A stretch of DNA of 64,000 bases from Alphaproteobacteria bacterium (GCA_965262615.1 OZ253545.1:1478259-1542258); one strand, 5' to 3'. Shown: positions 20,314 to 30,802, numbered from the stretch's first letter. Program-made: numbers and translations. Notes: generated from the letters alone by a model not told the origin.

Positions 20314-20760
20314 ATGGCTATCCAGACGGAACAAAAACCAACCGAACATCGCAAGGCGAATGGCTTGTATGATGATGTGGTCGCCCTCAAAGCCGATGTG
20401 GTTGCTCTGAAGGTGGATGTTGCCACCATCAAAGAGCAAGGCAAGAATTTTGCCACCAAGGAAGATATCGCCAAGTTGGAGACCAAAATCGCCAAACTGG
20501 AAGCTCAAATCGCCAAACTGGAAGCTCAAATCGCTCAGGCGAGAGCTGAAAATAATGAAAATAACGCCAAACTGGAAACTAAAATCGCCAAACTGGAGAC
20601 TCAAATCGCTGAGGTGCGAGCTGAAAATAATGAAAACATCGCCGAACTGCGAGCTGAAATCGCCCAGGTGAGAAATGATTTTTTGTATGCTGTCAATCGC
20701 GCGGCGGCGGGAGTGATTGTGTCCCTTGTGGGCATTCTGGTGACACTCATTTTGAAGTGA
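20314..20760 (+). CDS. DUF1640/CCDC90-like membrane-anchored coiled-coil protein
   Basis: FATKEDI motif, heptads IAKLE(A/T)(Q/K), C-terminal TM segment. Confidence 0.75.
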   Translation: MAIQTEQKPTEHRKANGLYDDVVALKADVVALKVDVATIKEQGKNFATKEDIAKLETKIAKLEAQIAKLEAQIAQARAENNENNAKLETKIAKLETQIAEVRAENNENIAELRAEIAQVRNDFLYAVNRAAAGVIVSLVGILVTLILK

Positions 20761-20807
20761 CGAAAACCCTAGCCTCTTGGTGAGGCGAAATTATCGCCGC
20801 GCGCGAC

Positions 20808-21674
20808 TTATTCAAGCCATTTCTTGTGTGCTTCATAATGCCCCTGTTCAGCAGCTTTCTGATACCATTGCAGTGCTTCATCCTTGTCTCGTGGCTCGCA
20901 CATTCTTCCATAATTGTATTGGGCATCGGCAAGCCCTTGTTGGGCAGCCAACTGAAACAACCGTTCCGCGTTTCGATAATTTTTTTTCACGCCGTTTCCA
21001 TGTTCATAAGCCAATCCAAGTTCGTTTTGTGCTTCGGCATCACCTTGTTCAGCCGCTTCGTAAAGCTCCTTTATTTTTTCACTTGATAAGTTTTTTTTGT
21101 CACCTCGTGACTCGTTCGTATCTATTTGAGGCACATGTAACATTTTATCTTGCTCCTTTCTCTTATCAAGTTCATCTTGGGCTTTAAGATGCTCCTGTTC
21201 ATCAGCCGCTTCATACCAGAACTTACTTTTTTCCATATCTCGTGATACACCTTCGCCCCTGGCATACATACGACCAACCAGATATTGAGCATCAGCGTGA
21301 CCGTTTATAGCTGCTTTTTCAAGCCAAGTAAAAGCTTCTTTGCTACTTTTCCCCTCATAGATATACATCCTGCCAAGATTGTATTGGGCATGAGAATCAC
21401 CTTGCTCGGCAGCTTTTCTGTAATACCGTTTTGCAGTTTCAAAATTCTTTCGCACCCCCCTTCCATTGGCATACATCCAACCGATACTACATAGGGCAGG
21501 GATATTATTTTGTTCAGCGGCTTTTTGAAACCACCCCGCCGCTTTGTAATAATTTCTTTGCTTAAAATATCTCTCACCAAACTCAAATTGCGCTTGGGCA
21601 TTGCCTTGTTCTGCGGCTTTTTTTGTTTCATCAAAAGTCATATTCCACAACGCCATCCCGCTAACACGATACAC
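20808..21674 (-). CDS. Sel1-like repeat protein
   Basis: Repeated AQYNLG.MY..G.GV..D...A..WY.KAAEQG units; visibly more AT-rich than flanks. Confidence 0.92.
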   Translation of the reverse strand: MYRVSGMALWNMTFDETKKAAEQGNAQAQFEFGERYFKQRNYYKAAGWFQKAAEQNNIPALCSIGWMYANGRGVRKNFETAKRYYRKAAEQGDSHAQYNLGRMYIYEGKSSKEAFTWLEKAAINGHADAQYLVGRMYARGEGVSRDMEKSKFWYEAADEQEHLKAQDELDKRKEQDKMLHVPQIDTNESRGDKKNLSSEKIKELYEAAEQGDAEAQNELGLAYEHGNGVKKNYRNAERLFQLAAQQGLADAQYNYGRMCEPRDKDEALQWYQKAAEQGHYEAHKKWLE

Positions 21675-21757
21675 AATTTACGGACTTTTTTCAATCTTTA
21701 ACAACACCGTATAAGAACTCTTGAGTTTTGCTGGCAAACATGCCAAAAGAATTAACG

Positions 21758-22483
21758 ATGGCGAGTCCCTTCAAACAGTTTGAAATCGTTTCTCTCACGC
21801 CCGCCGTGGAGGTGGCGGGAGCGTCATTGAGCTTTACCAATTCCGCTCTTGCCATGATTGCCAGTGCCGCGATTTCATCCATCTTCATGGGGCTGGGAAT
21901 GCGCCGCCGCGCTCTTGTGCCCGGGTATTGGCAAATGATGGTGGAATCGTGCCATCGCTTCGTTGCCAACATGGTGCGAGACAATGCCGGCGAGGGCTCG
22001 GAGAAATTCGTGCCCTTCGTTCTCTCCATCTTTCTTTTTATTTTATGCGGCAATCTGCTCGGATTGCTGCCCAGCAGTTTCACCTTCACCAGTCATATTG
22101 CCGTGACATTTGCCATGGCAGCCATTGCCTTTGTTGGCGTCACCCTTGTGGGATTTTACTATCATGGCATTGGTTTTTTGCGTCTGTTTGTGCCGCAGGG
22201 CGTGCCTTTATTGATGCTGCCCCTTATGGTGGTGATTGAAATAATTTCCTACTTGTCGCGTCCGGTGAGTTTATCGGTGCGTCTGTTTGCCAACATGATG
22301 GCGGGTCATGTCATGCTCAAAATCTTTGTGGGCTTTGTCGCCGCCATGGGAGTGTGGGGCGTTCTGCCGTTTGGCATCTCGGTGGCACTCAATCTGTTTG
22401 AGTTATTTGTGGCATTTTTGCAAGCCTATGTGTTTGCCATCCTATGCTCCATTTATCTTCATGATGCCTTGCATTTACACTAA
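21758..22483 (+). CDS. atpB: ATP synthase F0 subunit a
   Basis: SLSFTNS, RPVSLSVRLFANMMAGH, LQAYVF. Confidence 0.97.
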   Translation: MASPFKQFEIVSLTPAVEVAGASLSFTNSALAMIASAAISSIFMGLGMRRRALVPGYWQMMVESCHRFVANMVRDNAGEGSEKFVPFVLSIFLFILCGNLLGLLPSSFTFTSHIAVTFAMAAIAFVGVTLVGFYYHGIGFLRLFVPQGVPLLMLPLMVVIEIISYLSRPVSLSVRLFANMMAGHVMLKIFVGFVAAMGVWGVLPFGISVALNLFELFVAFLQAYVFAILCSIYLHDALHLH

Positions 22484-22511
22484 ACCCATCAAACAATGAA
22501 AGGAGGGGACT

Positions 22512-22736
22512 ATGGATGTTGAAGCAGCTCGTTTGATAGGCGCCGGTTTGGCGATTGTCAGTCTTGGCGGCGTGGGAATTGCCATCGGCAATATTTTCGC
22601 TGCGCTGATTGAGGGGATGTCACGCAATCCTGAGTCCGCCAAGGATACTTTTCCGCGCGCACTGCTGGGCTTTGCCCTCGTGGAAGCGGTGGCATTGTAT
22701 GCTTTGCTGGTCTCGTTTCTGATTCTCTTCGGATAA
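22512..22736 (+). CDS. atpE: ATP synthase F0 subunit c
   Basis: 74 aa, RNP loop, GFALVEA. Confidence 0.97.
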   Translation: MDVEAARLIGAGLAIVSLGGVGIAIGNIFAALIEGMSRNPESAKDTFPRALLGFALVEAVALYALLVSFLILFG

Positions 22737-22739
22737 ATC

Positions 22740-23234
22740 ATGCCGCAGCTGGATCTTCTCACCTATCCCGGTCAATTGTTTTGGCTGGGAGTGACCTTCA
22801 CCTTGTTTTACTATGTGATGGCGCATCTCATCGTGCCAAAAATTGACCATGTGTTGCAGACCCGTGCGGCTCATATCAATCATCACATCAAACAGGCAGA
22901 GGAACTGCAAAAAAAAGCCGAACGGTTGCAAAAACAGCAAGACGACATGCTGGGGCAAGCTCACGACAAAGCCCATGCCATCTTGCAAGAACAAGCCGCC
23001 GCATGGAACGCCAAAGAAGAAGAACACAAACAGCAACGCCAGCAAGAACTCAAACAGCAATTGGAACAAAGCCAGCGAACCATTGCGGCAAGTCATCAAG
23101 AGGCAATGGCACGGCTGGAACAGGTGAGCCTGCCGCTTCTTAAATCCATGCTGCACCACAGCGCGCATCTGGCTGTGGCGGATGACCATTTACAAAAAGC
23201 CATTGCCGAAAGCGTCAGCACATGGAAAACATGA
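22740..23234 (+). CDS. ATP synthase F0 subunit b'
   Basis: MPQLD..TYPGQLFWL, then coiled coil. Confidence 0.9.
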   Translation: MPQLDLLTYPGQLFWLGVTFTLFYYVMAHLIVPKIDHVLQTRAAHINHHIKQAEELQKKAERLQKQQDDMLGQAHDKAHAILQEQAAAWNAKEEEHKQQRQQELKQQLEQSQRTIAASHQEAMARLEQVSLPLLKSMLHHSAHLAVADDHLQKAIAESVSTWKT

Positions 23235-23749
23235 CCGCATCCTTTTATTTGAGCCTATTGATGAGCGACAGTTTTTGGGCGACCATGGCGTTTGTTGTCG
23301 CCATTGGGTTGGTGCTGAGACCCCTTGTGCGCGTCATCCGTTCGGCTTTGCACAACAACATTGTTGCCATCAGCCAATCCATCAAGAATGCCGAACAATT
23401 GCACAAACAAGCCCGCACTCTTCATCAGGAACTGCAAAAGAAAATGCCGCAAGTGGAGAAAGAAGCACGGCAAATTGTCACCGATGCTGAGCAGCTCGCC
23501 GCCACGCGCAGCGCACAACAGGAGGAAAAAATAAATCAAGACAATCTGCGTCATAGGCAGGACATGGCGACTCGTCTCACACGCATGGAAAACGATGCCC
23601 TTGCCGATATTCGCCGCGCCATGATTGCCATCACCCACCGTGCCGCGCGAAATCTTATTCAAGAAAAACTCACCCCACAGCAGGATGAGAAAAACAACGA
23701 CCGCATCATCGCCAACCTTACAAACAACCTCAAAACAAAAATTTCATGA
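23222..23749 (+). CDS. atpF: ATP synthase F0 subunit b
   Basis: FW..AF TM segment followed by coiled coil; operon position. Confidence 0.85.
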   Translation: MENMTASFYLSLLMSDSFWATMAFVVAIGLVLRPLVRVIRSALHNNIVAISQSIKNAEQLHKQARTLHQELQKKMPQVEKEARQIVTDAEQLAATRSAQQEEKINQDNLRHRQDMATRLTRMENDALADIRRAMIAITHRAARNLIQEKLTPQQDEKNNDRIIANLTNNLKTKIS

Positions 23750-24690
23750 TGAGTGAAGTGACAACAAAAAAAAGCTTTGCCATTCGTCATGGCAAAAAAG
23801 TGTATGAAGGCTACAATGATGAGCGTAAAGTTCAAAATAGGAAGCAAAAGGTCAAGCAGCGTCTTGGGTATGAGCATTTTACCAAAGATTTTGCAAAAAA
23901 TAATAACCCTCTGCCAGCAGATTATGAAAATAAAATAATTTGCGGTGACTCCCTAGAAGTTCTGCAAAAATTGCCAGACAATTGCGTGGATGTCATCATC
24001 ACATCGCCGCCCTATAATTTTGGCTTGTCTTATGAGACCAATGACGATACCAACAGCTGGCAAGACTATTACGACCAGCTGTTTGCCATTTTCAAAGAGT
24101 GCATTCGTGTTTTGACCTATGGCGGACGCGTGATTGTCAATGTGCAGCCGTTGTTTTCCGATTATATTCCGAGCCATCACCTCATCAGTCAGTTTTTCTT
24201 TGAGCAAGGACTCATCTGGAAGGGTGAGATTTTGTGGGAGAAAAATAATTACAATTGCAAATATACCGCATGGGGCAGTTGGCGCAGTCCGTCCAGTCCG
24301 TATCTCAAATACACATGGGAATTTGTTGAGATTTTCTGCAAGGGCAATTTGAAAAAAACAGGCGATGCCGACAACATTGACATCACCGATACGGAATTCA
24401 AAGAGTGGGTCAATGCCAAGTGGTCAATCGCGCCCGAGCATCACATGAAAAAATACAATCACCCCGCCATGTTTCCTCGCGGTTTGGTGGAGCGTCTGTT
24501 GAAATTGTTCTCCTACCAAAATGATGTCATCCTTGACCCCTTCAACGGCGCCGGCACCACCACCGTAGTAGCAAATTGTTTCAACAGACGCTATCTCGGA
24601 ATTGATGTGTCACAAAACTACTGCGACACGGCAAAACGGCGAATTGACGAACAACAACTCCAACTTTGTAATATTGTCTATAATTCCTGA
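23746..24690 (+). CDS. Beta-class N4-C/N6-A DNA methyltransferase (orphan)
   Basis: IICGDS, TSPPY catalytic motif, HPAMFP, ILDPFNGAGTT SAM-binding motif. Confidence 0.92.
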   Translation: MMSEVTTKKSFAIRHGKKVYEGYNDERKVQNRKQKVKQRLGYEHFTKDFAKNNNPLPADYENKIICGDSLEVLQKLPDNCVDVIITSPPYNFGLSYETNDDTNSWQDYYDQLFAIFKECIRVLTYGGRVIVNVQPLFSDYIPSHHLISQFFFEQGLIWKGEILWEKNNYNCKYTAWGSWRSPSSPYLKYTWEFVEIFCKGNLKKTGDADNIDITDTEFKEWVNAKWSIAPEHHMKKYNHPAMFPRGLVERLLKLFSYQNDVILDPFNGAGTTTVVANCFNRRYLGIDVSQNYCDTAKRRIDEQQLQLCNIVYNS

Positions 24691-24705
24691 TGCGTTTTTT
24701 GGTGA

Positions 24706-24909
24706 GTGAGCGTGAGTTGTTCCGAAGCTTTTCTGAATATGCCGTATTGGTCGGGCGTTTTGTTTGACCTCATCATGATTTTAGGTTCGTTTATAATCGG
24801 CTTGCAAAATGGTCATCTTGCACCACGCGATGCGATACCTGTGATGGCGTTCCAATTGGTCGTCTTTTGGTCTGTTATGTTTGGTCTGATTGTCATCTTG
24901 TACTGTTGA
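24706..24909 (+). CDS. Possible small two-TM hypothetical protein
   Basis: 67-aa ORF with two hydrophobic stretches filling the gap; no recognisable family. Confidence 0.3.
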   Translation: MSVSCSEAFLNMPYWSGVLFDLIMILGSFIIGLQNGHLAPRDAIPVMAFQLVVFWSVMFGLIVILYC

Positions 24910-24942
24910 AAGCAAAAATCCCCCACATGACGCTATGGCGTT

Positions 24943-25764
24943 TTACTGAGCATCATAACTAATCACATCGTTCATGTCATAGAGTCCGGCGTTTTGTGAG
25001 ACCGCCCAGACGGCGGCATCCACCGCGCCTTGCGCAAACACCTCTCGGGTGTGGGATTCATAGGCAACCTCAATCACCTCACCCATGCCATGAAAGGACA
25101 ATCGGTGCACACATTTGAATGATGACCCCCCGCGCGAAACGCTAAAGCCAATGCTCCCCTTGGGACGCGTTCCTTCACGATTAATCAGATACTGCGGTTT
25201 TTCATCGCCTCGCCCCTCAGCGACACACTGTCCCAATCGCCAAGCGATGCCGGACGGTGCATCCTGCTTGTGATGGTGATGCACCTCTAAAATCTCGGCA
25301 TCATACTCAGCTCCCAATGAGCGCGCCGCACTGCGCGCCAACTCACACAAAAGATGAGCCCCCCGACTCATATTGGGCGCGCACACAATGGCAACACGCT
25401 CAGAAGCCTCGCGCATCGCCTCCCGAGCCGCCTCGTCAATGCCGGTAGAGCCAATCACCAACGCCGTTCCGGTGTCTGCGGCACACTCGCTGTGCAAGGA
25501 AGCCGTCTCGCCGGAGGTAAAATCAATGACCACATGGGAATGTTTGAAAAAATCTTCAATGTCATCGGCGAGCAAAACACCACGAGATTCCCGACCGCAC
25601 AACACACCGGCATCCACTCCCATGGATGGATGCCCCTGCCGCTCATAGGCTCGCACCAACTGCACGCCCTGCTCTTGCTGCTCGCGTCTGATCAATTCCG
25701 ACACCACCATGCGTCCCATGTTGCCCGCAGCACCCGCAACACCTATGTGAATTTGATTGTCCAT
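24943..25764 (-). CDS. dapB: 4-hydroxy-tetrahydrodipicolinate reductase
   Basis: GAAGNMG, VIDFT, APNMS.G, EVHHHHKQDAPSG, FAQGAV. Confidence 0.88.
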   Translation of the reverse strand: MDNQIHIGVAGAAGNMGRMVVSELIRREQQEQGVQLVRAYERQGHPSMGVDAGVLCGRESRGVLLADDIEDFFKHSHVVIDFTSGETASLHSECAADTGTALVIGSTGIDEAAREAMREASERVAIVCAPNMSRGAHLLCELARSAARSLGAEYDAEILEVHHHHKQDAPSGIAWRLGQCVAEGRGDEKPQYLINREGTRPKGSIGFSVSRGGSSFKCVHRLSFHGMGEVIEVAYESHTREVFAQGAVDAAVWAVSQNAGLYDMNDVISYDAQ

Positions 25765-25896
25765 GACCACTCCGTCCTCAAAGAGATGACACCAAAGCGT
25801 TATTGCTATCACATGACACCCAATCAATGCAATATACATGATATATGTCACAAATTGGAATGATTAATGACAAAAAAGAGGCGAAAATATGTGCCG

Positions 25897-27030
25897 TTAC
25901 GAAAACATCTCTTTGATTTTGTTGAAAAAGCCACTGGATTGCGGTTGATTCTCCCGCTCTTGTGCCAGCTCCTCAAAGCGCGTCAGTAATTCTTTCTGCT
26001 CCTGAGACAAGTTGGACGGTGTCTCCACGAAGATTTCCACAAACATGTCATCGCGCCGTCCGCCACCGTTAATGTGCGGCATTCCCTTTTTGGCAATGCG
26101 AAGGCGATGTCCCGACTGCGTGCCCGCTTTGACCTTGATGGTCAAAAGAGAGCCATCAATGGTGGGAACATCAATCTCACCGCCCAAAGCCGCGGTGGTG
26201 AGAGAAATGGGCATATAACAAATCAATGAATCGCCGTCACGGTGAAAAATCACATGGTCTTTTTGCTGCACCACCACATACAAATCACCCGCCTCGCCAC
26301 CATTGAATCCCGCCTCACCTTGTCCCCGCAGTCGCAAGCGGGTGTCATCAGAAACCCCTGCGGGAATTTTAATATGACGAGTCACCCGTCCCATCACTCT
26401 CCCCTGCCCCGAACAGTGAGAACATAAATCCCTCAGCACCTCACCACTGCCGCCACACGCCGAACAGCTGGTTTGCATGGCAATCAGTCCTCGCTGAATG
26501 GTTCTAAACCCCCGCCCGCCGCAATCGGGACAGTTCACCCGTTGCCCGCCATCACTGCCGCCCGTGCCATGACAGTGCTCACACGGTGCGGGGGCTTCAA
26601 AGCGAATGGATGTCTCTTTTCCCGCCAGCATTTCCTCCAGCGTCAGTTCAATGCGATAGCGCAAATCGCCGCCTCGCCGCCGCCGATTGTGATGCTGCCC
26701 TCTGGACGCACCACGAAAGCCGCCCATGTCAAACACACTCTCAAAAATATCGGCAAATCCACCGCCGCCAAAGTCAAATCCGCCGGCAAAACCGCCGCCG
26801 TCGCCGCCGCGCAATCCATCCGAGCCGTACATATCGTACATCTGCCGTTTTTCGCGATCCCGCAAAACCTCGTAGGCTTCGTTGATTTCTTTGAATCGCT
26901 TCTCCGCCGATGCATCGCCCTGATTGCGATCGGGATGATATTTCTTTGCCAAATTGCGAAAAGCGGCGCGAATATCCGTGTCACTCGCCTCTCGTTTGAC
27001 TCCTAACACATCGTAATAGTCTTTCGCCAT
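25897..27030 (-). CDS. dnaJ: Chaperone DnaJ
   Basis: J domain HPD, G/F region, four CxxCxGxG. Confidence 0.98.
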   Translation of the reverse strand: MAKDYYDVLGVKREASDTDIRAAFRNLAKKYHPDRNQGDASAEKRFKEINEAYEVLRDREKRQMYDMYGSDGLRGGDGGGFAGGFDFGGGGFADIFESVFDMGGFRGASRGQHHNRRRRGGDLRYRIELTLEEMLAGKETSIRFEAPAPCEHCHGTGGSDGGQRVNCPDCGGRGFRTIQRGLIAMQTSCSACGGSGEVLRDLCSHCSGQGRVMGRVTRHIKIPAGVSDDTRLRLRGQGEAGFNGGEAGDLYVVVQQKDHVIFHRDGDSLICYMPISLTTAALGGEIDVPTIDGSLLTIKVKAGTQSGHRLRIAKKGMPHINGGGRRDDMFVEIFVETPSNLSQEQKELLTRFEELAQERENQPQSSGFFNKIKEMFS

Positions 27031-27035
27031 GGAGG

Positions 27036-28967
27036 TCACGCGGCGGCATCTTCGGAGTCATCATCCTTTTTCTTGCCCTTCTTTTCTTTCGGGACTTCCT
27101 GCACATCCACCACTTCGGCTTCTGTGGTCTGTGGATCATGAGCCGATTCTTTTTCTTGTTGTGCCTGATAGACAGCCTCGCCCAGCTTCAGAGCCGATTG
27201 CGCCAAACCCGCAACCGCTTTGTTCAAAGCCTCCACATCATCGGTTTTCTCCTTCACGAGAAAGCGTAAAGTCTCCATATGACTTTCAATAGCGGTCTTA
27301 TCCGCCGCCTCCAAGCGATCGCCATATTCCTTGAGATTGCGCTCACTCTCATGAAGCAAAGCCTCACCCTTGTTGTTCAATTCAATGATCTCTCGGCGTT
27401 TCTTGTCATCGCCCGCATGCTGCTCGGCTTCTTTGACCATGCGCTCAATATCCTGCTCACTCAAACCTCCCGACGGCTGAATGCGAATGGATTGCTCCTT
27501 GCCAGTCGCCTTGTCTTTGGCATTGACGCTGGTGATGCCATTGGCATCAATATCAAATGTGACCTCAATCTGAGGCATGCCGCGCGGCGCAGACGGAATC
27601 CCCACCAAGTCAAATTGTCCCAATAATTTGTTGTCAGAAGCAATTTCGCGCTCCCCTTGAAAGACGCGCACCGTCACCGCCGCCTGATTATCCTCAGCGG
27701 TGGAGAAAACCTGACTCTTCTTGCTGGGAATGGTGGTGTTGCGCTCAATCAATTTGGTAAACACGCCCCCCAATGTCTCAATGCCCAGCGACAGTGGCGT
27801 GACATCCAACAATAAGACATCCTTCACATCACCCGCCAGTACGCCGCCCTGAATCGCCGCCCCCATCGCCACCACCTCATCGGGATTGACTCCTTGATGG
27901 GGATCGCGTCCAAAAAATTCTTTGACTTTCTCCACAATCTTCGGCATGCGAGTCATGCCGCCCACCAAGACCACATCCTTCACCTCACCGGCCGACAAGC
28001 CAGCATCCTGCAACGCCTTCTTGCACGGCTCAATGGTGCGCTCAATCAAATCCGACACCAACGCTTCCAATTTGGCACGGGTCATCCGCACATTGAGATG
28101 CTTGGGTCCGTCATTATCGGCGGTGATAAAGGGCAGATTGACCTCCGTCTGCGGCAAAGAGGACAACTCAATCTTTGCTTTTTCCGCCGCCTCCTTGAGG
28201 CGTTGCAGTGCCAATTTATCTTTGCGCAAATCAATGCCCTGATCTTTACGAAATTCTTCGGCGAGATAGTCAATGATTTTTTTGTCAAAATCTTCGCCAC
28301 CCAAAAATGTGTCTCCATTGGTGGATTTCACCTCAAAGACACCATCGCCAATTTCCAAAATAGAGACATCAAAAGTCCCACCACCCAAGTCATAGACGGC
28401 AATCATGCCCTGATCGCGCTTATCCAGACCATACGCCAATGCCGCGGCGGTGGGCTCATTGATGATGCGCAGCACTTCTAATCCGGCGATGCGTCCCGCA
28501 TCCTTGGTTGCCTGACGCTGAGCATCATTGAAATAGGCGGGAACGGTGATGACCGCCTGCGTCACATCTTCACCCAGACGCTGCGTTGCATATTCTTTCA
28601 ATTTTCCTAAAATAAAACCACTGATTTCGCTGGGTGAATACGCCCGCTCCGCCATCTTCACCCATGCATCACCATTGTCTCCCTCGACAATCTCGTAAGG
28701 CACCATATCCTTATCTTGGGCCACGACAGGGTCGTCCATGCGCCGTCCCATCAAACGCTTGATGGCAAACAATGTGTTTTCGGGATTGGTCACAGCCTGC
28801 CGCTTGGCAACCTGACCCACCAGACGCTCATCATCCTTGCCCAACGCCACCATAGAGGGCGTGGTGCGTCCGCCTTCACTGTTTTCAATCACACGCGCCT
28901 CGCTGCCTTCCATCACAGCCACGCACGAATTGGTCGTTCCCAAATCAATACCAATCACTTTGGTCAT
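27036..28967 (-). CDS. dnaK: Chaperone DnaK
   Basis: [26 protein letters not shown]. Confidence 0.99.
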   Translation of the reverse strand: MTKVIGIDLGTTNSCVAVMEGSEARVIENSEGGRTTPSMVALGKDDERLVGQVAKRQAVTNPENTLFAIKRLMGRRMDDPVVAQDKDMVPYEIVEGDNGDAWVKMAERAYSPSEISGFILGKLKEYATQRLGEDVTQAVITVPAYFNDAQRQATKDAGRIAGLEVLRIINEPTAAALAYGLDKRDQGMIAVYDLGGGTFDVSILEIGDGVFEVKSTNGDTFLGGEDFDKKIIDYLAEEFRKDQGIDLRKDKLALQRLKEAAEKAKIELSSLPQTEVNLPFITADNDGPKHLNVRMTRAKLEALVSDLIERTIEPCKKALQDAGLSAGEVKDVVLVGGMTRMPKIVEKVKEFFGRDPHQGVNPDEVVAMGAAIQGGVLAGDVKDVLLLDVTPLSLGIETLGGVFTKLIERNTTIPSKKSQVFSTAEDNQAAVTVRVFQGEREIASDNKLLGQFDLVGIPSAPRGMPQIEVTFDIDANGITSVNAKDKATGKEQSIRIQPSGGLSEQDIERMVKEAEQHAGDDKKRREIIELNNKGEALLHESERNLKEYGDRLEAADKTAIESHMETLRFLVKEKTDDVEALNKAVAGLAQSALKLGEAVYQAQQEKESAHDPQTTEAEVVDVQEVPKEKKGKKKDDDSEDAAA

Positions 28968-29093
28968 TGTATCTCTCCTTTGCTCAAACCCCGCAAAAGC
29001 GGCAGTCCGGTTACGCTGTTAAAGCCGTATGGCGATTCCTCGCACAGAAACAATTCCTCCCATCAAGCAAATTGAACCGTGAGATTGCTCATC

Positions 29094-29122
29094 ATATAAG
29101 GCACTGGCATCAATTGTGCAAG
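29094..29122 (-). promoter_or_regulatory. RpoH (sigma32)-type promoter for dnaK
   Basis: Minus strand CTTGCA-N16-CTTATAT, matching the alphaproteobacterial CTTG..CYTATNT consensus. Confidence 0.6.
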
Positions 29123-29124
29123 CC

Positions 29125-29685
29125 TCATTGTTTTGCCTTTTTAGTCTTCGTTGCTTTAACAGGTGCGCCGGCACTCACCACCACCATCGCCGCTCGCAGC
29201 AGTCGGTCATGCATCCGATACCCCTTACGCAAAACGCGAACAATGCCACCCTCAGCAATCTCGCCATGAGGCTCGCGCTGCACCGCCTCATGCTCCTGAT
29301 AGGAAAACCCATCACCCACTTGAGGCACCACTTCCTCAATGCCAAAATTTTTCAAAACCTCCAGCAACTCACGCTTGCTGGCATGAATTCCTGTGGTCAC
29401 GCTTTTGAGCAGTGCCGCCGTGCTCTTCTTGCTTCCCTCCAGAGAATCGAGTGCCATATCCATATGATCCGCAACGCCCAAAAACGCCTGTGCCAACTGT
29501 GCCGCACCAAACCGGCGTTGCTCCGCCATATCTTTTTCATGGCGTTTGCGCATGTTTTCCATATCCGCCAGCGCGCGCATCAGCTTATCTTTCAGCTCAT
29601 CGGCTGATTCCTCCTGACTCTCGCTTGAATCAATCTCTGCTGGCTCTTGGTTTTGCTCGGGATTTTGAGGTTCTTTTTGCGTCAT
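29125..29685 (-). CDS. grpE: Nucleotide exchange factor GrpE
   Basis: RALADMENMRKR, HEAV, KGYRMHDRLLRAAMVVVS. Confidence 0.95.
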   Translation of the reverse strand: MTQKEPQNPEQNQEPAEIDSSESQEESADELKDKLMRALADMENMRKRHEKDMAEQRRFGAAQLAQAFLGVADHMDMALDSLEGSKKSTAALLKSVTTGIHASKRELLEVLKNFGIEEVVPQVGDGFSYQEHEAVQREPHGEIAEGGIVRVLRKGYRMHDRLLRAAMVVVSAGAPVKATKTKKAKQ

Positions 29686-29701
29686 GATGGCAGTCTCCTT
29701 G

Positions 29702-30802
29702 CTATTGTTCCTGGGCAATGATGCGTCTGAGCAAATCGGCGGTGTAATCCACCATGGGAATGATCTGACCATAATTCATCCGAGCAGGACCCACAACACC
29801 AATTGCCCCCACCACAGTCTCATCCTGATCGCGAAACGGCGCAACCACCATAGAACAGCCCGCATGGCGAAACACCGGACTCTCTGCACCAATAAACAAA
29901 CGCACCCCTTCGGCTTTTTGTGTCATCTCCACCAAGTCCAACAGCTGGCATCCTGATTCTAAATCGGCAAAAAGTGATTTAATCCGATCCAAGTCCTCCA
30001 GTGCGTGCATATCCTCCATCAGTTGAGAATATCCGCGCACAATCAAATAATCTTTGCTTTGTCCGCTCCAAGTGGCAAGTCCCGCCTCCACCACGCGACA
30101 CGATGCCTCATCCAACGCCGCCTTGTGGTCGCGAATTTCCTGCTGAATGGACAAACGCATATCCTTCAGTGTGTGCCCACACAGGCGATCATTGAGATAA
30201 TTGGCGGCACGGCGCAGGTCAGACTGCGTCAATGATTTCGAAAGCGAAATGAGACGATTTTCCGTCTCTCCATGATCTCCCACAATCACCGCCAGAGCCT
30301 TTCCCTCATCCAAAGGAACAAATTCAATGTGCTTGATGGGCAAGTCTCGCCGTGGTGCCATCACCACCCCCGTGCAGTGGGACATCATGGACAACACATC
30401 GGATGCTTGTTCCAAAATAGAGGCAATGCCTTCGTCCGCCTCCGCCATGTTTGATTCAATCAGGGCGCGCATGTTCTCATCCGCCGATTTCACCTCCAAC
30501 AATCCCTCCACAAACAATCGCAAACCAGCATCCGTTGGCAGCCGTCCCGATGAACTGTGCGGTGCATACAACAAGCCCATCCGCTGCAAATAGGACATCA
30601 CATGACGCACAGTCGCCGACGACAGACGACTGTCAAGACGCATCACCACATTGTCCGAACTCAATGGAGAACCCGTCTGCAAAAAATAATCCACCACAAT
30701 GGAAAATATGGAACGCGAACGCGAGTCCAGTAGCCCCAGCACATCACCCGACTGCAAAGATGCCAGTCCCATCTCCGTTTTGGAATCCCGTCTCATATCC
30801 AT
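29702..30802 (-). CDS. hrcA: Heat-inducible repressor HrcA
   Basis: LSSATVR, PHSSSGRLPT..GLR.FV, GVVGPARMNY. Confidence 0.95.
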   Translation of the reverse strand: MDMRRDSKTEMGLASLQSGDVLGLLDSRSRSIFSIVVDYFLQTGSPLSSDNVVMRLDSRLSSATVRHVMSYLQRMGLLYAPHSSSGRLPTDAGLRLFVEGLLEVKSADENMRALIESNMAEADEGIASILEQASDVLSMMSHCTGVVMAPRRDLPIKHIEFVPLDEGKALAVIVGDHGETENRLISLSKSLTQSDLRRAANYLNDRLCGHTLKDMRLSIQQEIRDHKAALDEASCRVVEAGLATWSGQSKDYLIVRGYSQLMEDMHALEDLDRIKSLFADLESGCQLLDLVEMTQKAEGVRLFIGAESPVFRHAGCSMVVAPFRDQDETVVGAIGVVGPARMNYGQIIPMVDYTADLLRRIIAQEQ

